NCBI GenBank assembly: GCA_965208125.1
Contig: OZ242320.1
Span: 288,001 to 352,000 of the forward strand
Source of the DNA: Candidatus Latescibacterota bacterium
Lineage (GTDB): Bacteria > Latescibacterota > UBA2968
DNA length: 64,000 nt
Direction: 5' to 3'
Shown: piece after piece, positions 1 through 9,069 of the stretch
How positions within the stretch are numbered: the first letter of the stretch is position 1
Layout: the number at the start of each line of letters is the position of its first letter
Translations under genes and position numbers: made by a program
The notes under the pieces: model-generated
Database searches by the model: none
What the model was told of the DNA's origin: nothing
The model's input: the letters and a program-made list of their open reading frames with translations, nothing else

Positions 1-523
1 AACCCATTGCGCCAAACGGACGATTGGCCGGTTGCATCACCACAAAGGGTTTGCGCCCTTCGCGCTCAAATTTTTCGATCAGTGCCTGCTTGGCATCGTC
101 CAACAACTCCTGCGTTTCAACATCGATCAGATCGACATAAGCACCCAATAAATTATCCAATAGCAAATTGCCCTGCGTACTGCCGCTCTTGTGATCCTTC
201 ACCAGAACCAGCGCACAATCCACCCCCAACTTTGCCGCTGCCGCCGCCAACTGCCGGCTGTGATTGGACTGAGACCCCGCCCCACCGATAAGCACATCCG
301 CACCGCGAACCAGACCCTGCGCGATCGTAAACTCCAACTGCCGCGTCTTATTGCCACCAAATGCCAGACCCGTACAATCATCGCGTTTAATATAAATCTT
401 TGGACCGCCAACCGCTTCAGTCAACCGCTCGCAAAACTCAAGCGGCGTGGGCAAATGCCCCAGCGACACACGCGGCACCTTGCCAATGCGTGCTCTCAGT
501 TCGTCACGGGAAATAACAGCCAT
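1..523 (-). CDS. D-cysteine desulfhydrase/ACC deaminase family PLP enzyme (runs off the window start; not in ORF track)
   Basis: Manual translation from ATG 523 (SD AGGAGGT 531-537): MAVISRDELRARIGKVPRVSLGHLPTPLE...KRDDCTGLAFGGNKTRQLEF...GSQSNHSRQLAAAAAKLG. Confidence 0.9.
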   Translation of the reverse strand, partial: MAVISRDELRARIGKVPRVSLGHLPTPLEFCERLTEAVGGPKIYIKRDDCTGLAFGGNKTRQLEFTIAQGLVRGADVLIGGAGSQSNHSRQLAAAAAKLGVDCALVLVKDHKSGSTQGNLLLDNLLGAYVDLIDVETQELLDDAKQALIEKFEREGRKPFVVMQPANRPFGAMG

Positions 524-547
524 TGTCTAAACCTCCTCAGTCAGAAT

Positions 548-612
548 CAGGATGTGCAGGATGGAAGGATGAACAGGATAAAATCAAATACAACCGCCGA
601 TAAACACAGATG
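548..612. repeat. Short ~9-nt periodic repeats (AGGAT units, then CCGCCGAT/ACACAGAT)
   Basis: AGGAT at 549, 558, 566 and 575; AACCGCCGATAAACACAGAT at about 593-612. Confidence 0.5.
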
Positions 613-622
613 GAAAATCAAG

Positions 623-651
623 TGTAGGGGCGGTGCCCCTGTGCCCGCCCG
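623..651 (+). repeat. GTAG-type REP-like palindrome
   Basis: TGTAGGGGCGGTGCCCCTGTGCCCGCCCG; related copies at 30875, 31635 and 62027. Confidence 0.75.
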
Positions 652-816
652 TCATGTGTATATCAGCACAAATGCAAACGCATGGAAAGGAATATACACG
701 CATGAAGCAAGCGAAAATGCCATTGACATTTCTCAAGATAGCGAATTATTTGTTAAGGGCAGTGCATACGGGGTTTACATCACAAAAACCATCAATACAA
801 AGCCATGAGGCTCCCC

Positions 817-1794
817 ATGAAAATACTCATCACCGGCATCACAGGGCGCATCGGCGGCAACCTGGCGGCGCAGCTCGTTGAACAGGGGCATCAGGTACGC
901 GGGCTTGTATGGCCCAAAGATCCGCGCATAGAAAAATTTGAGGGCATCGACCTCGAACTCATCGAAGGCAGCCTCACCGAATACGAAGACGTGGAAAAAG
1001 TCACTGACGGCGTCGATATAATCTATCACCTCGGCGCGGCCTTTCAGGGGGGCGGACCATTTAAGGACAACGACTACTTTGAAATCAACCTGCGCGGCAC
1101 CTTCCACATGCTCAAAGCCGCAACCCAACAGGACAACCTCAAACAATTCATCTTTGCGAGCACAGACGCGCTCTACGCCAAATATCCCCCTGAAGGAATG
1201 GACAAACCCATCCGGGAAGACGAAATGCCCAGAGAACCGCGCGGTTGGTACGCCCTATCCAAATCCGTCGGTGAAGAAATGTGCTACGGATACTGGCGCG
1301 CCCACCAACTCCCCATCACCATCTTGCGCTTTTGCCTGGTCGTCGGAGCGGGCGAAATCCTCGACTTCCGCCAATTTTACCTGAGCAAACTCAAAGGACT
1401 TCCCGAACTCAAAGCACTGTGGCGCGGCGAAGAACGCCTCCTCCTCCTCAAAGACATGAAAGGCCGCTCCTACAAAAAACACATCGCCGACGTGCGCGAC
1501 ATCACGCACGGCTGTATCTGTGCCTTAAACAAAACACAAGCCGCCGGACACGCCATTCAACTCGGGGGACCGCGTCCATTCACATGGGCCGAAGCCATCC
1601 CGTATTTATCCCAACGCCTGAACATCCCCTATCAGGAAGCCATTTTACATGGCGCGCCCACACATTACGAATACGACCTGACCAAAGCGCGCGACCTGAT
1701 CGGCTTTAACCCGCAATACGACATCATCCGCATGATCGAAGACGCCATTGCCTATCGAGAGGGAAAAACCATCAACGTCTTGCCCACGGAATAG
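817..1794 (+). CDS. NAD-dependent epimerase/dehydratase (extended SDR)
   Basis: ILITGITGRIG Rossmann motif; YALSK (YxxxK). Confidence 0.9.
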   Translation: MKILITGITGRIGGNLAAQLVEQGHQVRGLVWPKDPRIEKFEGIDLELIEGSLTEYEDVEKVTDGVDIIYHLGAAFQGGGPFKDNDYFEINLRGTFHMLKAATQQDNLKQFIFASTDALYAKYPPEGMDKPIREDEMPREPRGWYALSKSVGEEMCYGYWRAHQLPITILRFCLVVGAGEILDFRQFYLSKLKGLPELKALWRGEERLLLLKDMKGRSYKKHIADVRDITHGCICALNKTQAAGHAIQLGGPRPFTWAEAIPYLSQRLNIPYQEAILHGAPTHYEYDLTKARDLIGFNPQYDIIRMIEDAIAYREGKTINVLPTE

Positions 1795-1818
1795 GATCAG
1801 GATGGCAGAAGGAAACAC

Positions 1819-3324
1819 ATGGCTCAACCCAACATACTCATGATCATCTCAGACCAGATGACGCCATTTCTCACGGGCGCTTATGGCCATCCCGTCGTCC
1901 AAACACCTGCACTAAACGCGCTGGCAAAAAACGGCATTCGCTTTGATGCGGCCTATACCCCCTTCCCGCTCTGTTCACCTGCACGCGCCTGCTTCATGAC
2001 GGGAAACAACGCCGCAAAAATTGGCGCGTATGACAACGGTGCTGAACTCAGCTCGGACATCCCCACATTTGCCCACCACCTCACCCGCGCCGGATATGAC
2101 ACCGTCCTATCTGGCAAAATGCACTTCATAGGTGCGGATCAACTCCACGGCTTCAGACGCCGCCTCACCACAGACATCTACCCGGAAGATTTCCGGTGGG
2201 TCAAACCCGAATGGATACACATCAAAGAAACCAGAGGAGAAAATTATCAGGCCGTCATGGAACAGCGGGGCAGGTATAACGCCGCAAATTACGACGGACA
2301 CAAGCTCCAAATCGACACCTGGCACGGACCTCTCAGCTACGACGAAGAAACGCACTTTCGATCACTGGAATACCTCCACGCCGTCGGCGCACAAAAAAAT
2401 CCCAAACCCTTCCTCCTGTGCGCCTCTTACCACCATCCCCACGAACCCTTTTGGCCGCCCCAATCCTATTGGGACATGTACGAAAATGCAGACATCGAAA
2501 TCCCTGCCTTGCCAGACAACCTGGACGACACATACTCCATGATGGACAACTGGCTCAACGCCTATCACGGCACGCGCAAACACGACCTGCGCGACCCGGA
2601 CGCACTCTACAAACTCCGCCGAGCCTATTACGGACTCGTCACATACATGGACGACAAAGTCGGAGAACTCCTCGCCTCACTCAAAGAAAATGGCCTGGAC
2701 GACAACACCATTGTAATCTTCTTTTCCGATCACGGCGACATGCTCTGCGAAAAAGAAATGGTTCAGAAACGAACCTTCTACGACTGGTCCAGCCGCGTAC
2801 CCTTCTTTATCCGCTTTCCAGACCATTACAAAGCCGGCAGCACAATCGACCAGCCCGTCTCGCTCATTGACCTGTTGCCCACCTTATGCGACATGGCGGG
2901 TGCAGAAGACCACTACCCCTGCGATGGCATCAGTCTGATGCCCCTCATTGAAGGCGCGGAAACAGAAAACCGAGAAATTTTTGTTGAAGCCCACGAAGCA
3001 GTCGGCACTCCCTGCGTCATGATTCGCAAAAACAATTATAAATACAACCACATCCACGGACACGAACCACAGCTTTTTGACCTCGACGCTGACCCGGGCG
3101 AATGGAATAATCTCAGCGGTCAGCCAGACCATGCAAAAATCGAAACCTATCTTCGCACGCGCATCCTCGACAACTATGACCTCGACGCCATAGCCGAAGC
3201 CAATTTAGACAGCCTGTATCGCAGACAACTCATCCACGAGGCAATGCAAGCCAACGGCACATCCTGGGCGTACAATCCGAGCTTTGACCCGACCAAAAAC
3301 GCACAGGCACAGTATCTTCCATAA
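1819..3324 (+). CDS. Sulfatase, choline-sulfatase-like
   Basis: PNILMIISDQ, CSPAR, GKMHF, DQLHGF..RLTTDIYP, SDHGDM. Confidence 0.9.
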   Translation: MAQPNILMIISDQMTPFLTGAYGHPVVQTPALNALAKNGIRFDAAYTPFPLCSPARACFMTGNNAAKIGAYDNGAELSSDIPTFAHHLTRAGYDTVLSGKMHFIGADQLHGFRRRLTTDIYPEDFRWVKPEWIHIKETRGENYQAVMEQRGRYNAANYDGHKLQIDTWHGPLSYDEETHFRSLEYLHAVGAQKNPKPFLLCASYHHPHEPFWPPQSYWDMYENADIEIPALPDNLDDTYSMMDNWLNAYHGTRKHDLRDPDALYKLRRAYYGLVTYMDDKVGELLASLKENGLDDNTIVIFFSDHGDMLCEKEMVQKRTFYDWSSRVPFFIRFPDHYKAGSTIDQPVSLIDLLPTLCDMAGAEDHYPCDGISLMPLIEGAETENREIFVEAHEAVGTPCVMIRKNNYKYNHIHGHEPQLFDLDADPGEWNNLSGQPDHAKIETYLRTRILDNYDLDAIAEANLDSLYRRQLIHEAMQANGTSWAYNPSFDPTKNAQAQYLP

Positions 3325-3340
3325 CGAACAGGAGCTACCA

Positions 3341-4255
3341 ATGTCCAACAACACACCATTCATCGTCGATAAAAACCTCGGCGTCAACATGACCGTCGAA
3401 CCAGAAGACCTCACGCAAACCAACGCCGATGGAGAAGCCGTCATCGCGCCGACACAAGAGGAAAAATACCTCTTTGATGCGCGCGGTTGGTTGCTCTTCC
3501 CCGGCGTCCTATCCGATGACGACATACGCGACATGCGCGAATTTGCACTACAGGTCAAACACGACCCGCAATCGCTGCCCGAACACGAACAGTCCTACCT
3601 GGCTGGTCCCTTGCAAAAACTCGCCGACCACCCCATAGTCGTCGGCTTTATGAACGAATTTGTCGCACATCCCCATCTCGCCAGCCCCGATGGCTATGGC
3701 TTTCGCATGGAGGCATCCGGTATCCGATTCCGCTCGACGCGCACCGGCGAAGTCGGAGGCTTTCGACCGCACAATGGCAACGGCCTGTTTCGCTTTGCAA
3801 TCGACTCGCACCATTATCAGTGCATCCCCGGCAAAGCGTATAGCGGTCTAACCCGCGTAGTCTGGGAACTTGCCCCCGTACAAAAAGGCAAAGGCGGAAC
3901 ACTGGTGGTCAGCGGCAGCCACAAAGCAGTTTATGCCGCGCCAGAATCCATCCACGACCCAAACTCGCCCATCTGGGACACCTACGAATGCCCGGCTGGC
4001 TCACTGCTCTTCTTCACCGAAGCCATCACCCACAGCGCCACGCCCTGGACAGATGAAACAACCGACCGCGTTGCCATCTTCAACCTCTACAACACCATCG
4101 GCGCCAAATGGAGCAACTGGCATCCACACCCGGACCTGCTCGCCTCCATGCCACCCAAACGCCAGAGCCTGTTTCGAGACGTGCGCTGCGCAGCCAATCG
4201 CATTGGCGGCAACGGACGCTATCACGGCGGAAATCTCAAGGACATAAAGACGTGA
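3341..4255 (+). CDS. PhyH-family Fe(II)/2OG oxygenase with HxG motif
   Basis: YLFDARGWLLFPGVLS, GGTLVVSGSHK, PAGSLLFFTEAITHS; PHNG in place of HxD; AGGAG SD before ATG 3341. Confidence 0.8.
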   Translation: MSNNTPFIVDKNLGVNMTVEPEDLTQTNADGEAVIAPTQEEKYLFDARGWLLFPGVLSDDDIRDMREFALQVKHDPQSLPEHEQSYLAGPLQKLADHPIVVGFMNEFVAHPHLASPDGYGFRMEASGIRFRSTRTGEVGGFRPHNGNGLFRFAIDSHHYQCIPGKAYSGLTRVVWELAPVQKGKGGTLVVSGSHKAVYAAPESIHDPNSPIWDTYECPAGSLLFFTEAITHSATPWTDETTDRVAIFNLYNTIGAKWSNWHPHPDLLASMPPKRQSLFRDVRCAANRIGGNGRYHGGNLKDIKT

Positions 4256-4342
4256 GACGTAAAACGTAAAACGCGAGACAAAGCAACCAGCCTTTGGGTG
4301 GTGATGGGTGGATTTCTCACTTCTCACCTCTTACTTCTTACT
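4250..4342. repeat. Heptamer-armed intergenic element, copy A
   Basis: (ACGYRAR)x4 at 4250-4277, core AAGCAACCAGCCTTTGGGTGGTGATGGGTGG, then (TCTYACY)x4 at 4315-4342. Confidence 0.75.
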
Positions 4343-4359
4343 TTCTTTCGGAGTTTTAT

Positions 4360-5676
4360 ATGCCAAACCTATCTAATCGCCCCAACATCCTCTTCTTCTT
4401 CCCCGACCAACTTCGCTTTGATTGGATCGGCAGCAATCCCGACATAGCGGTACGCACGCCCAATCTGGATCGCCTGCAAAAAAACGGGGCGACATTCTCC
4501 AAAGCCGTCTGCCCCGCACCCGTATGCGCGCCCAGTCGCGCCTGTGTTGCAGCCGGCACAGAATACGACAACTGTCCCGTCAAAGGAAACAGCGACGACT
4601 ATCCCACAGACCGCGCCACTGTTTACAGCATGCTCCGCGACAGCGGGTACCACACACTGGGGTGTGGCAAATTCGACCTCAACAAAGGCACCTGCACATC
4701 CAACCTGCCGGCCTGGGGACTGGATGGCAAACACCATTTGAACGAATGGGGATTCTCGGATGGCATCAACAACGAAGGCAAAATAGACGGCGCCAACAGC
4801 GGGCGCGAAAAACCGCAAGGACCCTATTTGCAATACCTCGAAGAGCGCGGCCTGCGCCAGATACACCTCAACGACTTTGCCAACCGCAAAGGCCAGAGAA
4901 GCACCTTTCCCACGCCACTGCCCGATGACGCCTATTGCGACAACTGGATCGGGCAAAATGGCCGGGACCTCATCCAATCAGTTCCCGAGGGCAAACCCTG
5001 GTTCATACAGGTCAATTTCAACGGGCCTCACCTGCCCCTGGACATCACGGAAAGCATGGCAAAACTCTACGAAAACGTCGATTTTCCGCAGCCGAATCGC
5101 AACGACCAGCTCACGCCTGATGAACTCCTCAGAGCCAGGCGAAATTACTCCGCCATGGTCGAAAACATTGACCATCAGGTCGGCCTCTACTTAGACCTGC
5201 TCGAAGAACGGGGCGAATTGGACAATACCCTCATCGTCTTTTCCTCGGATCACGGTGAAATGCTCGGCGACCACAATTCCTGGGGCAAGGGCAAACCCCT
5301 GCACCCCTCGGCCAGCGTGCCCCTTGTCATCTCGGGACCCGGTGTACAACAGGACATAACCCATGACCTGCCCACAACCAACCTGGACCTCACCGCCACC
5401 TTCCTCGACTATGCAGGCCTGGACATCCCCGACGACATGGACAGCCGATCCTTCCGCAACCTCCTCGAAGGCAATACCAGCACGCATCGGGACATCGTCC
5501 TATCCGGCCTGGGCAACTGGCGCATGGCTTATGATGGCCGCTACAAATACATCGAAGGATTTGGCGACACACCCATGCTCTTTGACCTCGACACCGATCC
5601 CCTCGAAAACAACAACATCATCGACGACTCCGACGTCTCATCGCATATTGCCCGGTTGAAAGCAGAGTTGATATAA
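4360..5676 (+). CDS. Sulfatase
   Basis: RPNILFFFPDQ, CAPSR, SDHGEMLGDH. Confidence 0.9.
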   Translation: MPNLSNRPNILFFFPDQLRFDWIGSNPDIAVRTPNLDRLQKNGATFSKAVCPAPVCAPSRACVAAGTEYDNCPVKGNSDDYPTDRATVYSMLRDSGYHTLGCGKFDLNKGTCTSNLPAWGLDGKHHLNEWGFSDGINNEGKIDGANSGREKPQGPYLQYLEERGLRQIHLNDFANRKGQRSTFPTPLPDDAYCDNWIGQNGRDLIQSVPEGKPWFIQVNFNGPHLPLDITESMAKLYENVDFPQPNRNDQLTPDELLRARRNYSAMVENIDHQVGLYLDLLEERGELDNTLIVFSSDHGEMLGDHNSWGKGKPLHPSASVPLVISGPGVQQDITHDLPTTNLDLTATFLDYAGLDIPDDMDSRSFRNLLEGNTSTHRDIVLSGLGNWRMAYDGRYKYIEGFGDTPMLFDLDTDPLENNNIIDDSDVSSHIARLKAELI

Positions 5677-7016
5677 TGAACAACCATCGTCCCAACATCC
5701 TCTTCTTCTGTTCTGACCAGCACCAGACCGCTGCATCGGGGTGTTATGGTCACGCAGAAGCACAAACCCCAAATATCGACCGCATCGCCGCATCTGGCAT
5801 CCGCTTTAACAGAGCCTACTGCCAGTCTCCCGTCTGTGTACCCGCACGCGGATCAATCATCACCGCACAATACCCCCACACCCACGGCGCGCGCATTTTA
5901 CAAGACGCACTATCCCCCGACACGCGCACCATTGCCCATCACTTTGCCGAACACGGCTATCAAACCGGGGCAATAGGCAAAATGCACTTTGTGGATGAAA
6001 CGCAAAAACACGGATTTGACTACCGCCTGGAAATGGGAGACTTCAGAAAAACACTCACAGATGAAGAATGGCGGGAACTGCGTCGAGACCAGGGCGGTGG
6101 AGGTGGCACATCGGGACGACCATCCAAATTATCAGCGCGGTATTTTCAAGACACGTATTACGCCGACGAAACCGTGCGGTATTTGCGCGAAAAAAGGGAC
6201 CCCGATAAACCCTTTATCCTCTGGTCATCCTACTTCATGCCGCACACGCCCCTCGTCCCCATGCAACAATACTTCGACCTCTACAATCCCGAAACCCTCA
6301 CCCTGCCCCAACGCAGCGACAACGCGCTGGAAACCGGCTTTGAAGGCCACCTCATGCGCGCAAAACAGCGGGGATGGTACGCACAAACAGACGAAGAACT
6401 CGGCCGCGCACTCGCAGGATACTACGGCAACATCAGCCAGATGGATGCGTGCATCGGCAAAGTACTCGACACACTCTACGACCTCAGCCTCGATCAGAAC
6501 ACCATCATCGTCTATACCTCTGATCACGGAGAAATGGCCGGCGCACATCGCATGTGGACCAAACACAACATGTATGAACAATCGGTCTGCGTGCCGCTCA
6601 TCATCCGCCTGCCAGGAGACACCCACGCCAACACCTCGCACAGCCACCTCGTCGAACATGTGGATATCTACCCCACACTCGCCGAATTGTGCAACCTGCC
6701 CATTCCCCAAAATATCCACGGGCGTAGCTTTGCCCCCTTATTTGACAACCGAACCTACCAGCCGCGCGAATACGTTTACTCCGAATACGATTTTTGTCAC
6801 GGCGTCTTCACCCGAGACAATCGGTATGTGGGCAAACCGCCAATCCTCATGATTCGCACGGACCGCTGGAAACTCAATTATCTGAGCTGGGCACGCTCTG
6901 AACTCTTTGATCTGGAGAACGACCCGAATGAATTTCGCAACGTCATTGACGACCCCGCAAATGTTAGTATCGCGCGCGAACTCACCGACATTGCGAAACG
7001 GATGTATGAAAACTGA
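5676..7016 (+). CDS. Sulfatase
   Basis: RPNILFFCSDQH, CVPAR, GKMHF, SDHGEM; TAATG coupling to the upstream gene. Confidence 0.9.
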   Translation: MNNHRPNILFFCSDQHQTAASGCYGHAEAQTPNIDRIAASGIRFNRAYCQSPVCVPARGSIITAQYPHTHGARILQDALSPDTRTIAHHFAEHGYQTGAIGKMHFVDETQKHGFDYRLEMGDFRKTLTDEEWRELRRDQGGGGGTSGRPSKLSARYFQDTYYADETVRYLREKRDPDKPFILWSSYFMPHTPLVPMQQYFDLYNPETLTLPQRSDNALETGFEGHLMRAKQRGWYAQTDEELGRALAGYYGNISQMDACIGKVLDTLYDLSLDQNTIIVYTSDHGEMAGAHRMWTKHNMYEQSVCVPLIIRLPGDTHANTSHSHLVEHVDIYPTLAELCNLPIPQNIHGRSFAPLFDNRTYQPREYVYSEYDFCHGVFTRDNRYVGKPPILMIRTDRWKLNYLSWARSELFDLENDPNEFRNVIDDPANVSIARELTDIAKRMYEN

Positions 7017-7056
7017 CCGCACCGGAATAACCAACCAATGCTATAAGGAGCACATC

Positions 7057-7980
7057 ATGCCTGCCTTTCAAACACCTGACGGCACAAAAGTCAGAATGAG
7101 CGGAAAAGAACTCGTATTTGGGGAAACCATCTTCTCGCCAAGGGAATCCAACGACATCCTCGCAGACACGGAAGCACTGAGACAGCGAATGGAAGAAGAC
7201 GGGTATCTCATCATTCGCAACTTCCACAACCGCGAAGACATCATGAAAGCCCGAAAAGAAATTGTCGATCACATGGAAAGTCAGGGCCTGCTCGCCGAAG
7301 GATCGACACTGGAAGACGCCATCATCGGCGATAGAAAACGCTCCATGCGCTTCAAAGACAGCCTGGTCAAAACCTGGCCCGGCTTTCTCAATATTGTCGA
7401 TGGCAAAAACACAATGGACTTCTTCGGCCGCTTTTTGGGCGGACCCGCGCTCTCGCTCGATCACAAATGGCTGCGCGCCATCAGAACGGGAGGCAATGCG
7501 GGAATGCACTGCGACATTGTATATATGGGCGCGGGCACCAAAAGCCTCTATACCATGTGGACAGCCCTGGGCGATATCTCCCTCGACATGGGACCGCTCG
7601 CCCTCTGCCTGGGATCGCACAAACTCGAACATCTCCGCAATACCTACGGCGCATCGGATGCACACGACGACTTGATCCAGGGCGCGTTCTCCAACGACCC
7701 CTACGATGTCATAGAAACCCTCGGCACCAAATGGGCCGCCACGCCATTTCAAGCCGGTGATGTCGTCATCTTCGGCATGTACTTCATGCACGCCTCTCTC
7801 GAAAACACCACCAACCGCTTTCGCATCAGCAGCGACACGCGCTACCAACTCGCCACAGAAGCCACGGACCAGCGACACATGGGCAAAGACCCCGACGTAA
7901 TACCCAAAGCAGATCTGTCCGAACGCAAGTCCATCGAAGAATACCGCGTGGAATGGGGATTGGCGAAGGAGACCTCTTGA
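7057..7980 (+). CDS. PhyH-family Fe(II)/2OG dioxygenase
   Basis: HCD, WTALGD, GPL...GSH, AGDVVIF...HAS, RISSDTRYQ; AAGGAG SD. Confidence 0.9.
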   Translation: MPAFQTPDGTKVRMSGKELVFGETIFSPRESNDILADTEALRQRMEEDGYLIIRNFHNREDIMKARKEIVDHMESQGLLAEGSTLEDAIIGDRKRSMRFKDSLVKTWPGFLNIVDGKNTMDFFGRFLGGPALSLDHKWLRAIRTGGNAGMHCDIVYMGAGTKSLYTMWTALGDISLDMGPLALCLGSHKLEHLRNTYGASDAHDDLIQGAFSNDPYDVIETLGTKWAATPFQAGDVVIFGMYFMHASLENTTNRFRISSDTRYQLATEATDQRHMGKDPDVIPKADLSERKSIEEYRVEWGLAKETS

Positions 7981-7981
7981 A

Positions 7982-9052
7982 ATGTCAGGCATCACACAGC
8001 ACAAACCCGACAAAGCTTATGAAGGATACACACTCTTTTCAGAAACCTTTGCGGAACCAAACTGGGAAGTCGGCAAAGAAGCCGTGGTGTACCTCATCGA
8101 CATGAACGGAGAACCCGCCCACACCTGGCACCTCACGCAACACACCGTCCAGTCCCACTGCCGATTGCTGCCCAACGGCCATCTACTGGTACCCACCCAC
8201 GACCGCTCGGGCGTCACGCAGTGCAGCAACGTCGGCATTTTTGAATACGATCCCGACAGCACACTCGTCTGGCGCGTGCGCTGTCGCACCGACCACGACT
8301 ATCAGGTGCGCGACAACGGCAATCTGCTCATCCACACGCTCAACGAAACCATGTCCCCACCACTGGGACCTGAACTCAAGCGCCACCCGTATATGATTGA
8401 AATTACGCGAGACAAAGAACTGGTCTGGGAGTGGAAAGGCGAAGAGCATCTACAAGACCTCGAAGCCTGTCTCTCTCCCGAAGCATGGCAACACGTTCTG
8501 GACCGCGCCGCCGGACGCTTTGCATTTGACTGGGCACACAACAACACGCTCCAGCTCATTCCGCCTCATAAAAACGAGAATGACGCGCGCTTCAAACCCG
8601 GCAACATCTTCTTCTCCTACCGCAGCAACGACGTCATCGGCGTGATTGACTACGACACCGGCGACATTGTCTGGGCATGGGGACCCGGCATCATCGACGG
8701 GCAGCACAAACCCCACATACTCGCAAACGGCAATGTACTGATCTTCGACAACGGCACCCTGCGCGGATATTCTCGCGTAATTGAACTCAATCCCCTCACC
8801 GAAACCATCGAATGGGAATACGTCGCAGATCCCAAAGAAGCGTTCTTCAGCGCGGCGATTTCCGGTGCCCAGCGCCTGCCCAATGGCAACACCCTGATAT
8901 GCGAAGGCGGCAAGACCCGACTTTTTGAAGTCACGCCAGATGGGGAAATCGTCTGGGAATTTATCAATCCTTATCGCCACGAAAATGGCCGCCCCGTCAT
9001 CTATCGCTGCTTGAGATATTCACCTGAATACGTAGCCCCTCTTCTATCTTGA
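7982..9052 (+). CDS. Arylsulfotransferase (ASST)-like beta-propeller protein
   Basis: DWAHNN, GQHKPH, NGNVLIFDNG, SRVIELNP, AQRLPNGNTLI; no signal peptide. Confidence 0.8.
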   Translation: MSGITQHKPDKAYEGYTLFSETFAEPNWEVGKEAVVYLIDMNGEPAHTWHLTQHTVQSHCRLLPNGHLLVPTHDRSGVTQCSNVGIFEYDPDSTLVWRVRCRTDHDYQVRDNGNLLIHTLNETMSPPLGPELKRHPYMIEITRDKELVWEWKGEEHLQDLEACLSPEAWQHVLDRAAGRFAFDWAHNNTLQLIPPHKNENDARFKPGNIFFSYRSNDVIGVIDYDTGDIVWAWGPGIIDGQHKPHILANGNVLIFDNGTLRGYSRVIELNPLTETIEWEYVADPKEAFFSAAISGAQRLPNGNTLICEGGKTRLFEVTPDGEIVWEFINPYRHENGRPVIYRCLRYSPEYVAPLLS

Positions 9053-9069
9053 AAGGAGTTTTTATACCT

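Noticed and set aside
191-808. 205-aa + strand ORF
   Set aside because: It is antisense to the dcyD-like gene and then reads through intergenic repeats, so it is not a credible protein.
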